From Lingula anatina (taxonomy: Eukaryota > Animalia > Brachiopoda): 64,000 nucleotides of DNA. The stretch is from assembly GCA_051362555.1 (NCBI GenBank), contig CM120644.1, forward strand, positions 16,452,534-16,516,533. The letters are read 5' to 3'. The position numbers were made by a program, and so were the translations under genes. The notes beneath the pieces were generated by a model. It saw nothing but the letters and a program-made list of their open reading frames with translations, made no database searches and was not told where the DNA came from. Below, piece by piece: positions 1 to 13,438 of this stretch (position 1 is its first letter; every line of letters begins with the position of its first letter).

Positions 1-3000
1 ATCTCAGCCGCCGCCTTGGACGCCGAGTACGGGTTGGTCGGGGTAAGGGTGGCGGTCTCCTTGCGTGGAATTCCGTCTTTCACTTCGCCATACACCTGTG
101 AGAGGTCATTTTATTATGTATGACACCGATGATGTGACAAAAATTCAATGTTCTCTGACTACGTATGTTCAACGTTAAAACTGCATTACATGTCAAATTT
201 TGACTTGTCAACATCTTGACCAAAACTTTAACTAAGACGTTTAAGCAACCTTTTTTAGATTGAGATATAGTTCCAAATAAAACAACGGAGAGAAATGCCA
301 AAGGCCATCGTTTCATATTACCCGAAAATGATATTTGAACGGATTTTTCTACTTGCTTTCTGTGCTGACTAACGACCAAATATTTGAAGAAAGGGGCAGA
401 TTAAAGCTCTCTTTAGCTGATCGATTTTTGCATAATAAAAAAAGGGGCCATTTTAAATTTGAGTCTTTTACATCTGGACCAAATGTTTAACCAAATGCAA
501 TTTTTTACCAACTTGGATTTAAATCATAAAAGTTTTTTTAATATACTGGACGATTAAAAGAGTAAAAATTAAAAGACAAATTTAGGGTTTCCTGTTCGGA
601 AGTTTCGCTCAATAACATTTTTTGCATAAATTATAGGGCCTCGTGACTTTGGGGCATTGCCTTAAATTGATTAGTTCAAAATACCATTTCATTATAACAG
701 CATGTCTGTTAAGATTCAAAACCTTATTAAACCTGACGTCACATACCTCATCCGTGCTGACGTGAAGGAAGAGCTCCACGCCAAAATGTCTGGCGCAGTG
801 GAGCAACGTGTGAGTTCCAATGACGTTAGAATTGGTAAAGGCGTTGGAATTATTGAACGAGTTGTCAACCAGGGTCTCCGCTGCAAAATGCATCACTGTG
901 TCGATCTGGTAGGTCTCGAAAATCTCTTTCATCTTCTCGGCATCGGAGATATCGGCTGAAAAAAAAATACATTTATGGATGCGTGTGTAGATGGATTGAA
1001 GATGACGTCATAAGCAGCGACTTTCATAATGATCCTCACTTAAAAAATCTCTAAATAGCTACTTACGTCAAACACTTCTTAAAGAAACGTCAATATTTAT
1101 TTGTTGTTTTTTAAACGCATGTCATCTTTTATTTTGCCATCTTATTTAACACAAATATATACATAAAAATGATATCAAATGAGATAAAATTCCATACCTT
1201 TGATGAAAACAAAATTGGGTTTGTTCGCAGAGGGATCAAGGTTCTTCTCATTGGAGCAATACGTGATCTTATCCACAACAACCACGTGGTAAAAGCTGTA
1301 CCGCTCCACAAGGAAGTTAGCCACGTGCGACCCAATGAAGCCAGCGCCGCCTGTCAGCAGTATGTTTTTCCGGACGTTCTTCTTCATTCTGGTGAAGACG
1401 TCTTGGATGGAAACGCTAATGTGCGGGATTTGGCACTCGGGCAGGGCCGACTCCAGTTTGGTTGTATCAAGGCAGTTGTCTGACCGACCGGCCTTTATCA
1501 GGGTCTTGAGGACTTCCTTATTGACGAGCTGGTAGGTATGGTTAGGGTCAATGAGGCTTTTGTACAGCGCCAGGATTTCTGAGTGACTGATGACACCAGG
1601 GTTGACAAAGTTGTAGACACCTAAAATGATTTCGCAATTGCAAAACTGATGACACCCGGGCTGACAAAGTTGTAGATACTTAAATGGTTGCAAAATTGTT
1701 GGAATAAAGAACTTTCGTCTGTACGATTTGGATCTTATGAACTTATTATATGACACATGGAGCCTCCACCCACCCCCCCTCGCGTGATTTCGCCACTGCA
1801 ATCAAATAAGTTTCTCAAAAAATGTGAAGATCTAACGCGGCCATGATTACCAAGGATAACTTTAAGCTTATCTGTCCGTTTGGCCGATTCGAACATAAGT
1901 GACGTAAGCGCAAACAAACTATGAATCCCCAGTACTGAAATTAACATTAAAGGGATAATAACTGTTACTTTTCGTACGAGATCCGTATTTCACAATAAAT
2001 ACAACTCACAGAAATATTGTAAATTCTTTTTTACCACCAAAACAGCGGTTCTCACAATATTTGTGGAATCTGTGCTTGCCATCGGACCACGTGGCCTCCA
2101 TAGATGGCTACACTCTGTAATTATCTCTTAAGAAGACTATTACAAATAACCAAACCTTTTTAAAAAAACAAAACAGGAACTAACTTTTAATCACGGAACG
2201 GATTCATTTACAATTGGTTAATATGGGGAAATTGTCGTTTACCCCTGAAATATCCTTTATTATTATTTTTTTTTTTTTTTTGGCAAAATGAACAGTTTTT
2301 ATCTAGATGCTTTCTCTTTATAAAATACATAATATTATACGAAAGTGATGGAACCCTTTAGTTCACTGTATTCAGGATGGTTTTTACAAAAAAAAAAAAG
2401 TTTGAGTTTTGAAGCTGTACAACAGTATCTGTATATCAGAATAATTTTAAAGGACAAAGTTACCGTAGCTAGGTTCTAAATGATTTATTGCTGAATATAC
2501 AGATTCTAAACCTGAAGGAGACTATAGAATACCAGCATGTGTTTTACGGTAAGAAATGTATAAGAACAGACAAGACCATATAATGTGTGTAAAATGATAT
2601 TTCGTGCTGGAAGGTTTTATCTAGACAAGGTAGTCTTGGTAATCTGATTGCATTCAGCGAGAGTCCCTGTGGACGATGTGCGCATAAGCTAAGTCGACAG
2701 AATCGATTGTGAACGGACCCTTAGACCTTTTTACCTGTCAGTCCTTTCTCCATCATCACGAAAGTGAGCGGAAGTAGATCGTGAAGTACGCTCACTGCAT
2801 TCGGAACGTCGCAGATCTTCGGGTAATTGGTTATTTTCGTGATGAAGTTCCTCGGGTGGAGATCGTCGGAAATGGGCATGCGCACACGAAGGGTAAGGAC
2901 ATTGGAGTAAGAGTGTAGCAAACTGAAAAAAAAATTAAATTAAATTAATTAAGAATAATATAACAATGAGAATAATTACTATAATTATAATTATAATAAA

Positions 3001-4238
3001 CAAAATAAAGAACGGATGACCATTTCATTTCATCGCTGGGCTTCAGAAGATATAGGCCTACTCTAGTTACACCAAATTCTATTTCAGATAAGGAAACTTG
3101 TTGCCTTTAAAATTAACTAGAATAGAATTATTATCTTTATTAAAATGTTTTGTATGCCTGATGGCGTACTCGAAATTAGGTGGTCTTATATTAAAACAAT
3201 GGTGTCGCAAGGCGTTCTTTACGAAAGTAACGTCTCGTGATCAAACCGCCGTACACTAATCTGACTAATCTCTAATTTCTATGGAAAGAAATGCTTTGAG
3301 AGAAATCTCCATAAATAAATTTGTAGCTACATTTGCATAAATGAAACCGTTAAAAGAACGTTTTTGCGAAAGAAAAAAAAACAAAAAACAAACGATGTCT
3401 ACCTCTCTACCATTCCCTTTGTCTTTGAGTAAAACGACCCGGTAAAATTGGGAGCGTCTTCTTCAGTGAACCCCCTTCCACCGATGGGGTGGTTCTCATC
3501 GTATTCGTAAATGCACCCGGTGCCGAAGTAAGTCACGTGGATCCCCCTGGTGGCGCAAAGGTCAACTACCGTTAACAGACCGATGACGTTTGCTCGGATA
3601 GTCTCCTGCTGATTACTGTCGCACCAGTCAACGTTGGGGCGCCCGGTCAAGCCTGCATAAATGTTGAATGGTACACAAAGAGCGCGTTATATATTAATAC
3701 AGACTTCTGTGTAGCATTGTGTTAACTTCCATCGAAAATTTAATACTTTTCCTTTAATCATACAATATCCAAAGTTGCTATAATAATTACGATTTGAATG
3801 AGTGAATGTTATAGTCGTCTACTACAATGCAATCGATCGGCTAGTCACTTTATTACACGTTAACAGAGTACCTTGGCAAGAATTTTGAAATCTAGGATTA
3901 AAAAAAAGTTATTGTGTATTTTTACAAAATAAATCCCATTTCACAGTTCATCGAGCTACATGTACATATACCTTTCAGACAAAACTTCGTGTCAGTACCC
4001 CTACAAAAATATCCTACATAGGGTGTCTTTTAGGACTGCATGGGAATATTTTAGAATCCTACAGTACACTAAGGGGTTTTGGGGCAATTTCCTTTGGGAC
4101 GCATCATAGGACCCTATGGTTCATTTTCGTAAGGGAACCATTAGAAGGGAGGCTTCCTTATCATAGATCTTAAAGAATATATCCGATCTTGTGACACTTT
4201 TACTGTTTGACGTTTAGTAGAAATGTGATGAGGCACAA

Positions 4239-4289
<51 letters not shown>

Positions 4290-4474
4290 GGACCTGCTGC
4301 TATGATGACGTATTTGGGTTGAACGGCATCCAGTTCTCGTTCTACTTGTTCTCGCTCTTCCATCCGGGAGTCTGAACACGTGACCTCATAGGGCTTTTCC
4401 ACCATCAGTCTCAGCAACTGGCTGCCAATCCATCCAGTTTTTCCAAACAGGTGCACTTTCACCGTGGCCGGCAT
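1..4474 (-). CDS. Fused NDP-4-keto-6-deoxyglucose 3,5-epimerase/4-reductase (N-terminal) + NDP-glucose 4,6-dehydratase (C-terminal); predicted trifunctional UDP/dTDP-L-rhamnose synthase, 3' end outside window
   Basis: Phase-consistent GT-AG exons: 4474-4294, 3652-3403, 2922-2735, 1620-1198, 955-747, 95-<1. The N-half has GKTGWIG, AAGLTGRPNVDWC, TGCIYEY, FYSKTK (YxxxK), LRVRMPIS, RNFITKI, GVYNFVNPG and RSDNCLDTTKL, all NRS/ER/UER1 signatures. The C-half has NILLTGGAGFIGS, DKITYCSN, HFAAETLVDNSF, HVSTDEVYG and PTNPYSASKAAAE, the RmlB/TGDS/RHM dehydratase signatures. Confidence 0.93.
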
Positions 4475-4789
4475 ATCTAGCTTATTTTTCCAAGTGGTGG
4501 TTTTGCTTACTTATTACTCAATATTTTAGAAATGTCGACGAGACTGAAAATTGAGTAGAACAAGCGTCATTACTTAAAACACAACAAAACAAAATGCGCT
4601 TGGACCTAGGAAATCGTCCGCTGTTTGTGGTTGTGGTTTATAAGAGTTTGCAACATAAAGCTGGTACTAACTTCTTAGATATACCGCGGGTATAATCTAG
4701 ACGCTAGGGGCTCTAATCCACCGCTGGGAGATTCTAGGTACTATACTCGATTCCCGACTTTGGTTATGCCCGGAGAGAAGAGAAATGCT

Positions 4790-5378
4790 AGGCTGACACT
4801 TGCACGACTTTTGGCCCCGATATTGTCGTGGCAAGTCGTGCCATTTTGGGGCACGAAGTGGGAGGCTCCCGCACTGTTCCCTACTAGTTTACGCATAGTT
4901 CACGACGAGCTAACGAGTAGTTTACGAATGCGTGTCCACATTGACACGAACTGGCACGACAAGTTCCCGCATAGTTTGTGCATAGTTTACGCACTTCCCG
5001 CATTAGCACGACGAGTTTGCGCAATTTGGACGATGTCGTGCGGACTGGGGCACGCAATATACGTGAGCTGCTCGTGAACTATTCGTGGCATGTCGTAACA
5101 GTCGAGGCATGGCGCGCACTGCCACGCACTGGCACGCATCCTCTCGCATCGTCCCGACAAGTACACGACGAGTTCACTAACAGTTTGCGCATACGTCACG
5201 ACCCGGTCGCGAAATTTTGTCGTGACCAAAATTTTGAACATTTCAAAATTCTCGTCCCGACATGACACGCAGACACGACGGGTTTACGCACACTTCACGC
5301 CAGTTTACGACTAGTTTGCGCACTGGCACGACTCGAGTAGTGCCAATGCGTGCCACAGAATCGTGCAAGTGTCAGCCT
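4790..5378. mobile_element. Non-autonomous DNA transposon (MITE), ~590 bp
   Basis: 18-bp terminal inverted repeat AGGCTGACACTTGCACGA (4790) / TCGTGCAAGTGTCAGCCT (5361-5378). TGCT flanks both sides. The GC-richer interior is full of CACGA/TCGTG motifs and has no credible ORF. Confidence 0.75.
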
Positions 5379-5671
5379 TGCTTAACGCAACACCTCTGTT
5401 TAGTTACCAAAATCAAAAAGTCCCCTATTGTCAGGTCGTAGCCTGGTTTTATACCTAACTTGGCGTGACAGACTTATATCTTTATTGTTACTTCACTATA
5501 ATTAAAGCAGATAAGATAAGAGCAAGATTAACGTTAGATAAAAGATATAAACTTCTATTGAAACTTATTACGAGTCGCGCGCCCGAGCCCGCGACTCTGA
5601 TCGAATAAATTTTCATTTTTATTAATGTTAAATTTTACTGGTCTGAACATGCCTTCATTTTTCACAAAAAA

Positions 5672-5703
<32 letters not shown>

Positions 5704-8166
5704 AAAAATTATGAAATACAATTTTTTCGTTAATACATTGCTTAAAACACTCGTTAATACATTGCTTATACATAGTTAAGATAAAGTCCTTTAATGCTTT
5801 TGTTTTATTCTTGATGAAAATGTTAAAGCTTGGTTAAATTTGATTAGAATATTATCATGTACCTTGTATTATAGTAAACACTCTATCAATTACAGTGTAT
5901 AAATATGAGTCGGTGAAATAGGTTAAAATTCGGTAAAAAAGGGAGATCTGTGTAGTGAATCGTTAATTAGTACTGATAGTCTTCTAAAATTCCACACATG
6001 AAATATGCATATTTGTTTAAGTTTTAATTATTCAAATGTATATAGCCATGACATGTTGCATGGCAGTTTAAGATTTAACTTTAATGTATCTACAATTAAG
6101 TTAATGTATATAGGCATGGCATGTTGCATGCCAATTATGGCAGTTCATTTGAAATGTAAATTATGATAGAGTATTAAAGAAGCGACAGAGCCATGGGGAG
6201 GGGGCATAACCGGAGAGAGATATAGACTGAGAGAGTAAGAGACATAGTTATAGATACCACAGAGCTAGAGATCATGTAGCAGAAAACTATACCTGCCTGT
6301 CTCAGTTGTCTTACTGGTGAAAAAGAAATCAAAGAACGTGAATAAGCACAGACTGGCTGCTGGTTTCCTTGATGAAGGTCAAAAATAAAGTGAAAGGAAG
6401 CCCTGTCACTCACAGGCACATGTACAGAAGCGTTCTGATTCACAGAAATCTCAGAAAATGAATAAAGAAAACCAAGAACCTTCAATAGTTTTACTTAGAT
6501 AAATACTGATCAAAGGCACTGAGGTCAAACAAGTAAAAGAAAATCAATATTGAAAGTCAACTCTGCAGGAAAAGAAATACTGACAACCCATATATCTAAG
6601 ATGCTGACGGCATGGAACATATTCAGTAATGAATAAATTATAACCTAGTGTAAAGGCATGGTCTCTGTTACATATTCAGATATATACTCAAAAGCTTCAA
6701 GCTGGTGGAATATATTGACGTCTATGATCTGCACCTGTATATACAATTTTGAAAGTAGTGATAGTGTCTTGCAAAAAAGATGAAGACATGCAACCACCCG
6801 TATCATTCTTTCGCAGTTTCATCGCATGCTCAATACTAACTAGAGCCAATTAGACAATGAAGCCATTTTTGCTCATCGTTAACTCATATATGTTTTCTAC
6901 AACGTGTGTGTAGAATCCCAAAAAGCACCAGGATTTTTTACGAGTGCAAATTTTCTCATTGCCGTTTTATTTTTCAACTGTTTGAGTTTGAAATCTGAAA
7001 TTGGATAAACTTCATCGGTGGACACAGTAGACGTGCTTAAAAGGACAACAACTGTTCATTTTGGCCAAAGAAATTAATTTTCCTGGAGTAAACGACGATT
7101 TTCTCATACTTACCAATGTTTAATGAATCCATTTCAACATTGAAAGTTAGTCCATGTTCTTTTTTTCTAAAATTTTTGTAATTTTGTCTTTTTTCGCCTT
7201 AATTTTTGTGTCATTTTTCCAAGGTGGTTAGATATGGTGATTGGTCTTTTTATGCTAGTGGGGAGAGACAAGTCCAAATTCATCTACTAGCAGCCAAAGC
7301 ACGTGCTTAAGACACCGCGGCTAAGTGGACAACAAACTGTCAAGGGTTAATATATTTATAAAAGGGAAATTTCAGATGGAAATTGAGAACAAGATAGAAA
7401 AGTAGAATAGTTTATGAAAAGTTCATAGCAATTTTTTATGTTTAAGGGGATCAGTATATTCTCGAAGAGACCAATAGCCATCCCGACCCAGGGGAGAAGT
7501 CATAATTAGGTTAGACACAATTCACTCGCTCCCAAGAAATATTGGCCAAACGTTAATCGGAGTTGGTCTTTATCTTTATTTTATATGCCTGAATGGAAAA
7601 TACTTCGATATGAATCCAGATGTGTATCAATTATGCAGCACTTGCATCTACCACGATGTCATCTTTGCCCTTGGAATTTTTATCAGCCGAGAAATACTGA
7701 AATCGTAACATTTCACTGATATGGGTTTACCGAAAACAAGAAACTAAAAGGTGGAAATTTGTGCTAGCACTGGGCATTTTGACAGACTGTTACGAAAGTA
7801 TTCTTAATATTATTAGTATGGTTATCATTTTACATAGCATACTAGCTTCCTTCTCTACTGAATACGACGATAAGGCAAAAGAAAGAGGAAGCACACCACA
7901 GCTGTCATTCTCCTTCATCCTTAAAAACGGGGTTTAGATTTAAATCGTGTACACATTTAGGCGTTTTTTCATAATATTTACAATTCATAGTAAAAAATGG
8001 AATAGTTTAAATAACACTGGTAGCACATCGTCATTATCACTATGGACAAAAAAATTCACTTTATTCCCTTCAAGTCTTAACCTGGACCGTTCACGTTATT
8101 TTCAGCCTTGAAGTGAACACATTTTACTCAACCATGCTACTCTATATACTGGATCTGACATTCTTA

Positions 8167-8381
8167 GACCCCATTCCCATAGATTTTACATCGATCTATC
8201 CCTGTGGGGATGTGGGGAGTCTCACTAGATTACTGTCAGCTTGGCTGGCTTAAGCGTCTGTCCCGCCTACTAAAAGCTGTAAGGGGGTAATTAACTATGG
8301 TGCGCGCTCGGCTGACTGCAATTTAGCGTGAACCCCCAGGGAGTTAGGTCGATCTAAATCTAAATCTCTGGGAATGCACCC
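8167..8381. mobile_element. PIF/Harbinger (Tourist)-like MITE; inverted copy at ~40657-40870
   Basis: TTA on both flanks and imperfect TIR CATTCCCATAGATTT / AAATCTCTGGGAATG. The internal sequence (GTCCCGCCTACTA...GGGGGTAATTAACT...GGGAGTTAGGTCGATCTAAA) recurs reverse-complemented at ~40657-40870. Confidence 0.7.
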
Positions 8382-8490
8382 TTAGGTGTGCAGATACAGG
8401 GTTTGCGGTCAACAGTTTCAAAGGGTGGGTCATTTTATCTGGACATGTATCTTATTACCACGAAACCTACGTGTGCTTCAGCGATGGCAT

Positions 8491-8740
8491 CCCCTGCGAA
8501 AATTAGTCTCATTTAACGTTCACTTACGGTTCTCAAACTATTCTAAAACATTTGGTGTTTTTTAACAGTTCTGATGTTGATCTGTAATGAATGTAACAGC
8601 TCGAGAATTTTTTTTGGGGAGTCCTTCAGAATGTCCTAGAACAGATTAAGAACATTTTTCATTAAAAGAGAAAAACAGTTTGTTCTAGGACAGATTGAGA
8701 ACCGTAAATGAGCGTTAAATGAGACAAAATTTTGCAGGGG
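8491..8740. mobile_element. Palindromic MITE with CCC...GGG termini
   Basis: Long imperfect TIR CCCCTGCGAAAATTAGTCTCATTTAACGTTCACTTACGGTTCTCAA / TTGAGAACCGTAAATGAGCGTTAAATGAGACAAAATTTTGCAGGGG, flanked by AT on both sides. Confidence 0.75.
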
Positions 8741-9217
8741 ATAGGAACTACATGTAGATCAAATTATGTTTCAGAGTTGATCATTTTCCATCCGCCCCTT
8801 CCATTATCTTTCCCGCCACCGGTCTGGTAATTATGATTGCAAAGTACAAGAAAGCCAAATTAACTATTGTATGCTGTCATTTATTGGTTTTAAGTTGTCA
8901 TTTGTTCCTGCATCTGCACAAGCTATGAAACTGATGAAATTATAAATGGATTATTACGCACCCGTTTAACTTTTTCAAGAAATCGCCGTTAAATACTGTT
9001 ACTAATATAACGTACACTTCTTACACTGCCTTAGCCGTCATGTGTTATCACAATTTACGAGGAACAAAATAAAAAAAGAATCTCTTTGTAAAACTTGTAA
9101 AAATTGACTTGAGCTTAATTCAGCTTATAAATGCAGGAATATTTACTTTCTTCCAGCGGTCATGGCGTCAGTTATGTTCAAACATTCTCCCCCAGTACTG
9201 AAAGTTGCATAGAATAA

Positions 9218-9458
9218 AGCCTAGATTACATTTAGACACGGGCGCCGTGCGACGAAATTGTCCGTGCGATTTTTTTTTTAATCTTAAGGAGCTACGGGCT
9301 ACGCCGAGTATGTCTACATTACATGGCTTTAAATCGGTACTATTCCGTGCGCTTTCGCACGGCCACCGTCTACCTCCGCTCAGACGCCGTACGAAAAGGG
9401 TATGACGGGCAGTATACGTGCACCGTCCGGGCATCGCATTTCAAATGTAATGTAGGCT
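9218..9458. mobile_element. PIF/Harbinger-like MITE
   Basis: TIR AGCCTAGATTACATTT / AAATGTAATGTAGGCT with TAA target-site duplication (9215-9217, 9459-9461). Confidence 0.75.
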
Positions 9459-9836
9459 TAAGCCATAGAGACAACTGTCAATATCTCATGAAAAAACATT
9501 CTGTGACACATTCTGTAGCAGAGGGTAAGGAAAACTCAAAAGAAACAAACTGTCAAAAATGCCATAAAGTCTCAGGCTCTTTCTATAACCACGTCCATCC
9601 ATCATACAAATGTCCGTTTTAAAAACGGGTGGTTGAATACACAGCCACTTTATCTGAAAATCAGCGCATCCAGAATTTTACCACGGCAAAATATAAAACA
9701 ACCGACAAAGAACACAAAATTGGAGAAACTGTTTCTGTTGCCTCTTTTCTCTCTTTGTTTTTTTTTTTTTTTTAAGAGAAAAAGGGGGGAAGTGGATACC
9801 TCTAAAGCGAAGAAGGAAAAGGTACCTGTCAGCTTT

Positions 9837-9872
<36 letters not shown>

Positions 9873-10329
9873 ACTTACCTTTCGATGAGTTTGCTGAAAA
9901 TGACTCTTCACTACTGCGAAAGAATGGCATGGATTTATTAGTCGTCAGATGCGGGCGCCTATGAATAATTTATCTATGTTCCATATGCCAACCCCTTTGC
10001 CTTTTATGAAAACCAACATAGCATAGCATGGCTTTTTTTAATTAATTTAGTATATCTGCACGGCCAAGATACATTGGAATGTGCAACATGGCGCCGATCT
10101 ATTGAGCACGCTTTCTGCATAGAATAAGCATCGTATTTTGCTTAATATATATATATGTCACAGTCCCAATCCTAATCTTACCCACTTCCTATGTGGCCCA
10201 CACCACATCCCGATTAGGGCCTGATCCAGACCACATCTTAATTGTGTCTTTGCATTGTTAACAACATAATGGGCAAGTCAATTGGACAAGCTGCCAGGTT
10301 TTTTTTTGTATGGCATGTGTAACTACAAA

Positions 10330-10510
10330 GGGGATGTCTTAATTCAAAGCACATATTATGATACTTGTATGGCTAATGAGACACAGTTGTATTTCATTAC
10401 CTGTGATTTGTAATATACATCTGAGGATGATACTTTTAAAGATGTTTAATGTTTAAAGAAAAGGCGTGTAGATTGATTTAGTAACATTTACTAAATAAAT
10501 GTTAAATTAA
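10330..10510 (+). repeat. Dispersed ~185-bp repeat, second copy at ~47430-47615
   Basis: Shared blocks such as TTGTATTTCATTACCTGTGATTTGTAA and GAGGATGATACTTTTAAAGATGTTTAATGTTTAAAGAAAA at both sites, same orientation. Confidence 0.8.
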
Positions 10511-12652
10511 ATGCGAGCTGTCATTTGTTAGTGTGTTATTTTATTTATCTAGGTATTGTACAGATTCTAGGAAAAAGTCTGCATATTAATATTTTGTTGA
10601 GTTTTTTTTTTTTTTTTTTTTTTTTTTGAAAATATCTGCAGTGTGAATTACTAAACAGATGTGCCTGCAAATATAACAAAGTTTTGCTATTAATTCACAC
10701 TTCTTTGTAATTTATCCTTAAGAAAATGCAGATATTTAAAAAAACTCAACAAAGTATTTATGGGCAGACTTTTTCCTATAATCTGTACAAAACCTAGATA
10801 ATTAAAATTCTCTTCTGTGCACGCTCTCCGTTTATAATACACATCGTATTTTGTTTCATACTCATCAAGTTTGGAAAGTGTAACATTAAACACTTATAAA
10901 AATTATAAGGGAAGAGTACAATTAACTTCACAGAGTTGGGAAAGCTCGCTGCGATCCTGAATCGGCGGTTAAACAGCGATGACATGAAGTCGTTTTTCGT
11001 GACTTACACGCCCAAAATTGGGGACCGGGTATAGCTAATTTAATTAGTCTCATCATTTAGTGTTCATGTGACCAGGTCATTATGTCATCATTGGAAATCT
11101 CCACTCATTACACTAAGTCCCTGGACCAAATCTGAACGGGGAAACGAAACAACACGCTAGCTGTGGTTTCGTTGTCGTGCGAGGCTGGAGGAAACGAAAC
11201 AGGATTGGGTCATAGCATCTGTGATTACGCGCTGAGATGACAGGATTTTTTATACATTCTTGTTTTATAAAAAGCAGACTGTATTACAGATACTTAAACC
11301 CCGAAATTGAAGGATTTGCATTGTTCACGTGTATGGGAGATACATGTAATACAAATTGTGCTGAAGTTGAACACGGATACAACAATTTTTACCAATGAAT
11401 ATTTGCGACGAAGAGCAATTTTTTTGTTTTTCTCTAGTGTGTGTGCCGTAAATGATCCCCAATATGACGAAAAATAAATTAAAAAATAAAAAATAAACAT
11501 GACAATACTTTTCTGAGAGCTTTCTTTTCCATGATGAACAGCTGCAAAACAGACTGGCATGTCTGTGTCCCAGATTTAAGCGCTGTTTAAGTTTCATTTT
11601 TGGCTAAGAATTAAAAAGTTAACATAAACAGCAATGTTTGGAAACACAAAAGTGTTTGTTATCATAAGACAAATCCACCCCCTTTACACAATAGCACAAC
11701 CACCGTAACCCAATACATAGGAATGTTTTGAAAAACTTTCAAAGATGATAACCCATTGTTGTTACCCAGTATCGTGGACGTGCAGATATAAACAGATGGA
11801 GCTGGGGGCGTAACTCCCTAACTTACAGAAAATACATTCTCCCCCTTCCTTTTTTTTTTTTTTTTTGCATGGTCTAACTGCAATATACTAGCATCTTTTA
11901 GTACAAGTACGCTAGTACCAGTAATAGTCACACTTCGAATTGTACAACTTTTCTCAACTACCACAATTTCTCAGTGCAACACAGAGAAAGACTATGCTGC
12001 AATCTTGGTTGACAAATTTTGTGAATGTTATTGAAGGGTTGTAATATGTCTCTAGTAGCAATAGTACTAATTACTGTCTTTTACTCTCTGACCACAGGGG
12101 TCGCATCAGTGTCTCTTACAAAGTTAATGAACCGACACCTTGTGGGAACTGAGATGTCCAAATGTGTGATTTCACCGAACCCCACTGTTGTATCCCCCCT
12201 CGTACTTACTTATAACCTTCTGCTGGGAAACAGGACCGAGACACGGCTATCCCCCTCATACCACTGTTTAAAAGGCGGGTGGGTGGGTGGGTGGGGGGTA
12301 GGGGGGCAGTTACATAAGTGTAGACAACGTGACAATTACGATTTCTCACATGGGTCTGTCTGTTCTTTTTGTTATCGGCTGTCTGACCTTCAAAACCAAT
12401 CTTTGTTAATATTTAACTATGTACATACAAATATCGGTGACGTGTAACAATAAGTTATCAATCTATTTGGGATAAAGCCAAGCAATACTTTGTTCCACGA
12501 ATATCACTTTGGGAAAATTACACGACTCAGTGCACCTAAATATAAGCCGTGACTTATTTATTTAGAAATTTACGTAGCGTTCCAAAGCCAAAAAGCTGAC
12601 TCCAGCAAACATGAGCCATTGATGGGTTTAATATAGAGTAAGTATGGCTTTT

Positions 12653-12654
<2 letters not shown>

Positions 12655-12736
<82 letters not shown>
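12655..12736. repeat. (TA)n microsatellite
   Basis: Uninterrupted TA run. Other microsatellites: (CA)n(GA)n ~4239-4286, (GT)n(GA)n ~13243-13299, (ATT)n ~26047-26096, (ATA)n ~36061-36103, (AAAT)n ~40321-40364, and (TG)n in each TLR intron. Confidence 0.95.
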
Positions 12737-12742
<6 letters not shown>

Positions 12743-13248
12743 CAGATAGGGAGGCATTTAATCGCCTGAGAACATGTTACTGTACAGTGTATCTACCAAA
12801 CCCGAATATGGCGCCTTTTAAGCACTTACTAGTGCAAGTTACTTGTAGAACAATTACAGATGAAACGTTTTTGAAATGAAACTTTTCTGGGCAACAGCAA
12901 TTTGTTGAAAGTTTTGTCCTTAGATCGAAGTTCACTTCGAACCATCAGACATGATGGGTTCAAAGTTTACTTGTTAGTACGCCAATACAGGGGTTGCGCA
13001 TGCGTTATTTTTGTTCAAATTTGCGGAACTCGGTATCAGATGATCAGATGCGTAATGCACAGCAGTAACGTCTCAACGGTATTTTATTCAACATTTTCTA
13101 ACCAACTCTTCCTTGCACTTTGATTTGTTGTTTCACACCATTTCTAATTAGGTAATTTAGTTTAACATAATTGGTTAGATACAGTACTTAAAGCGCCATG
13201 TCTTCCTGTTCATTTCAACATTAGGTACGTGGTATGTGATATGTGTGA

Positions 13249-13300
<52 letters not shown>

Positions 13301-13438
13301 AAACAATTATAGTCTGTAGTATATGGCTTTTAAAATAGGTAAAAGGTCACCATGTATGAATCTTCATGTCACAGGTGCCTTGCAAGAGAGAAGAAACAAA
13401 AAATCCTCGACCAACACACATTCCATCGGTCTACCACC

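Noticed and set aside
609-4474. Treating ORFs 4214-4474, 3399-3650, 2721-2921, 1175-1801 and 609-932 as separate genes or a bacterial-like operon/contaminant
   Set aside because: They are consecutive exons with canonical splice sites and matching phases.
9323-9622. Ig-like motif GYDGQYTCTV in a short ORF
   Set aside because: It lies inside the TIR/TSD-bounded MITE 9218-9458 with no other Ig features or splice support.
9878-9930. Possible minus-strand first exon (MPFFRSSEESFSANSSK|GTAAGT)
   Set aside because: No downstream in-frame exon could be linked and there is no recognisable domain; unsupported.
12554-12879. Low-complexity ORFs (IYIYIY, CVCVCV, ERERER, poly-I/Y) here and elsewhere
   Set aside because: Translations of microsatellites.
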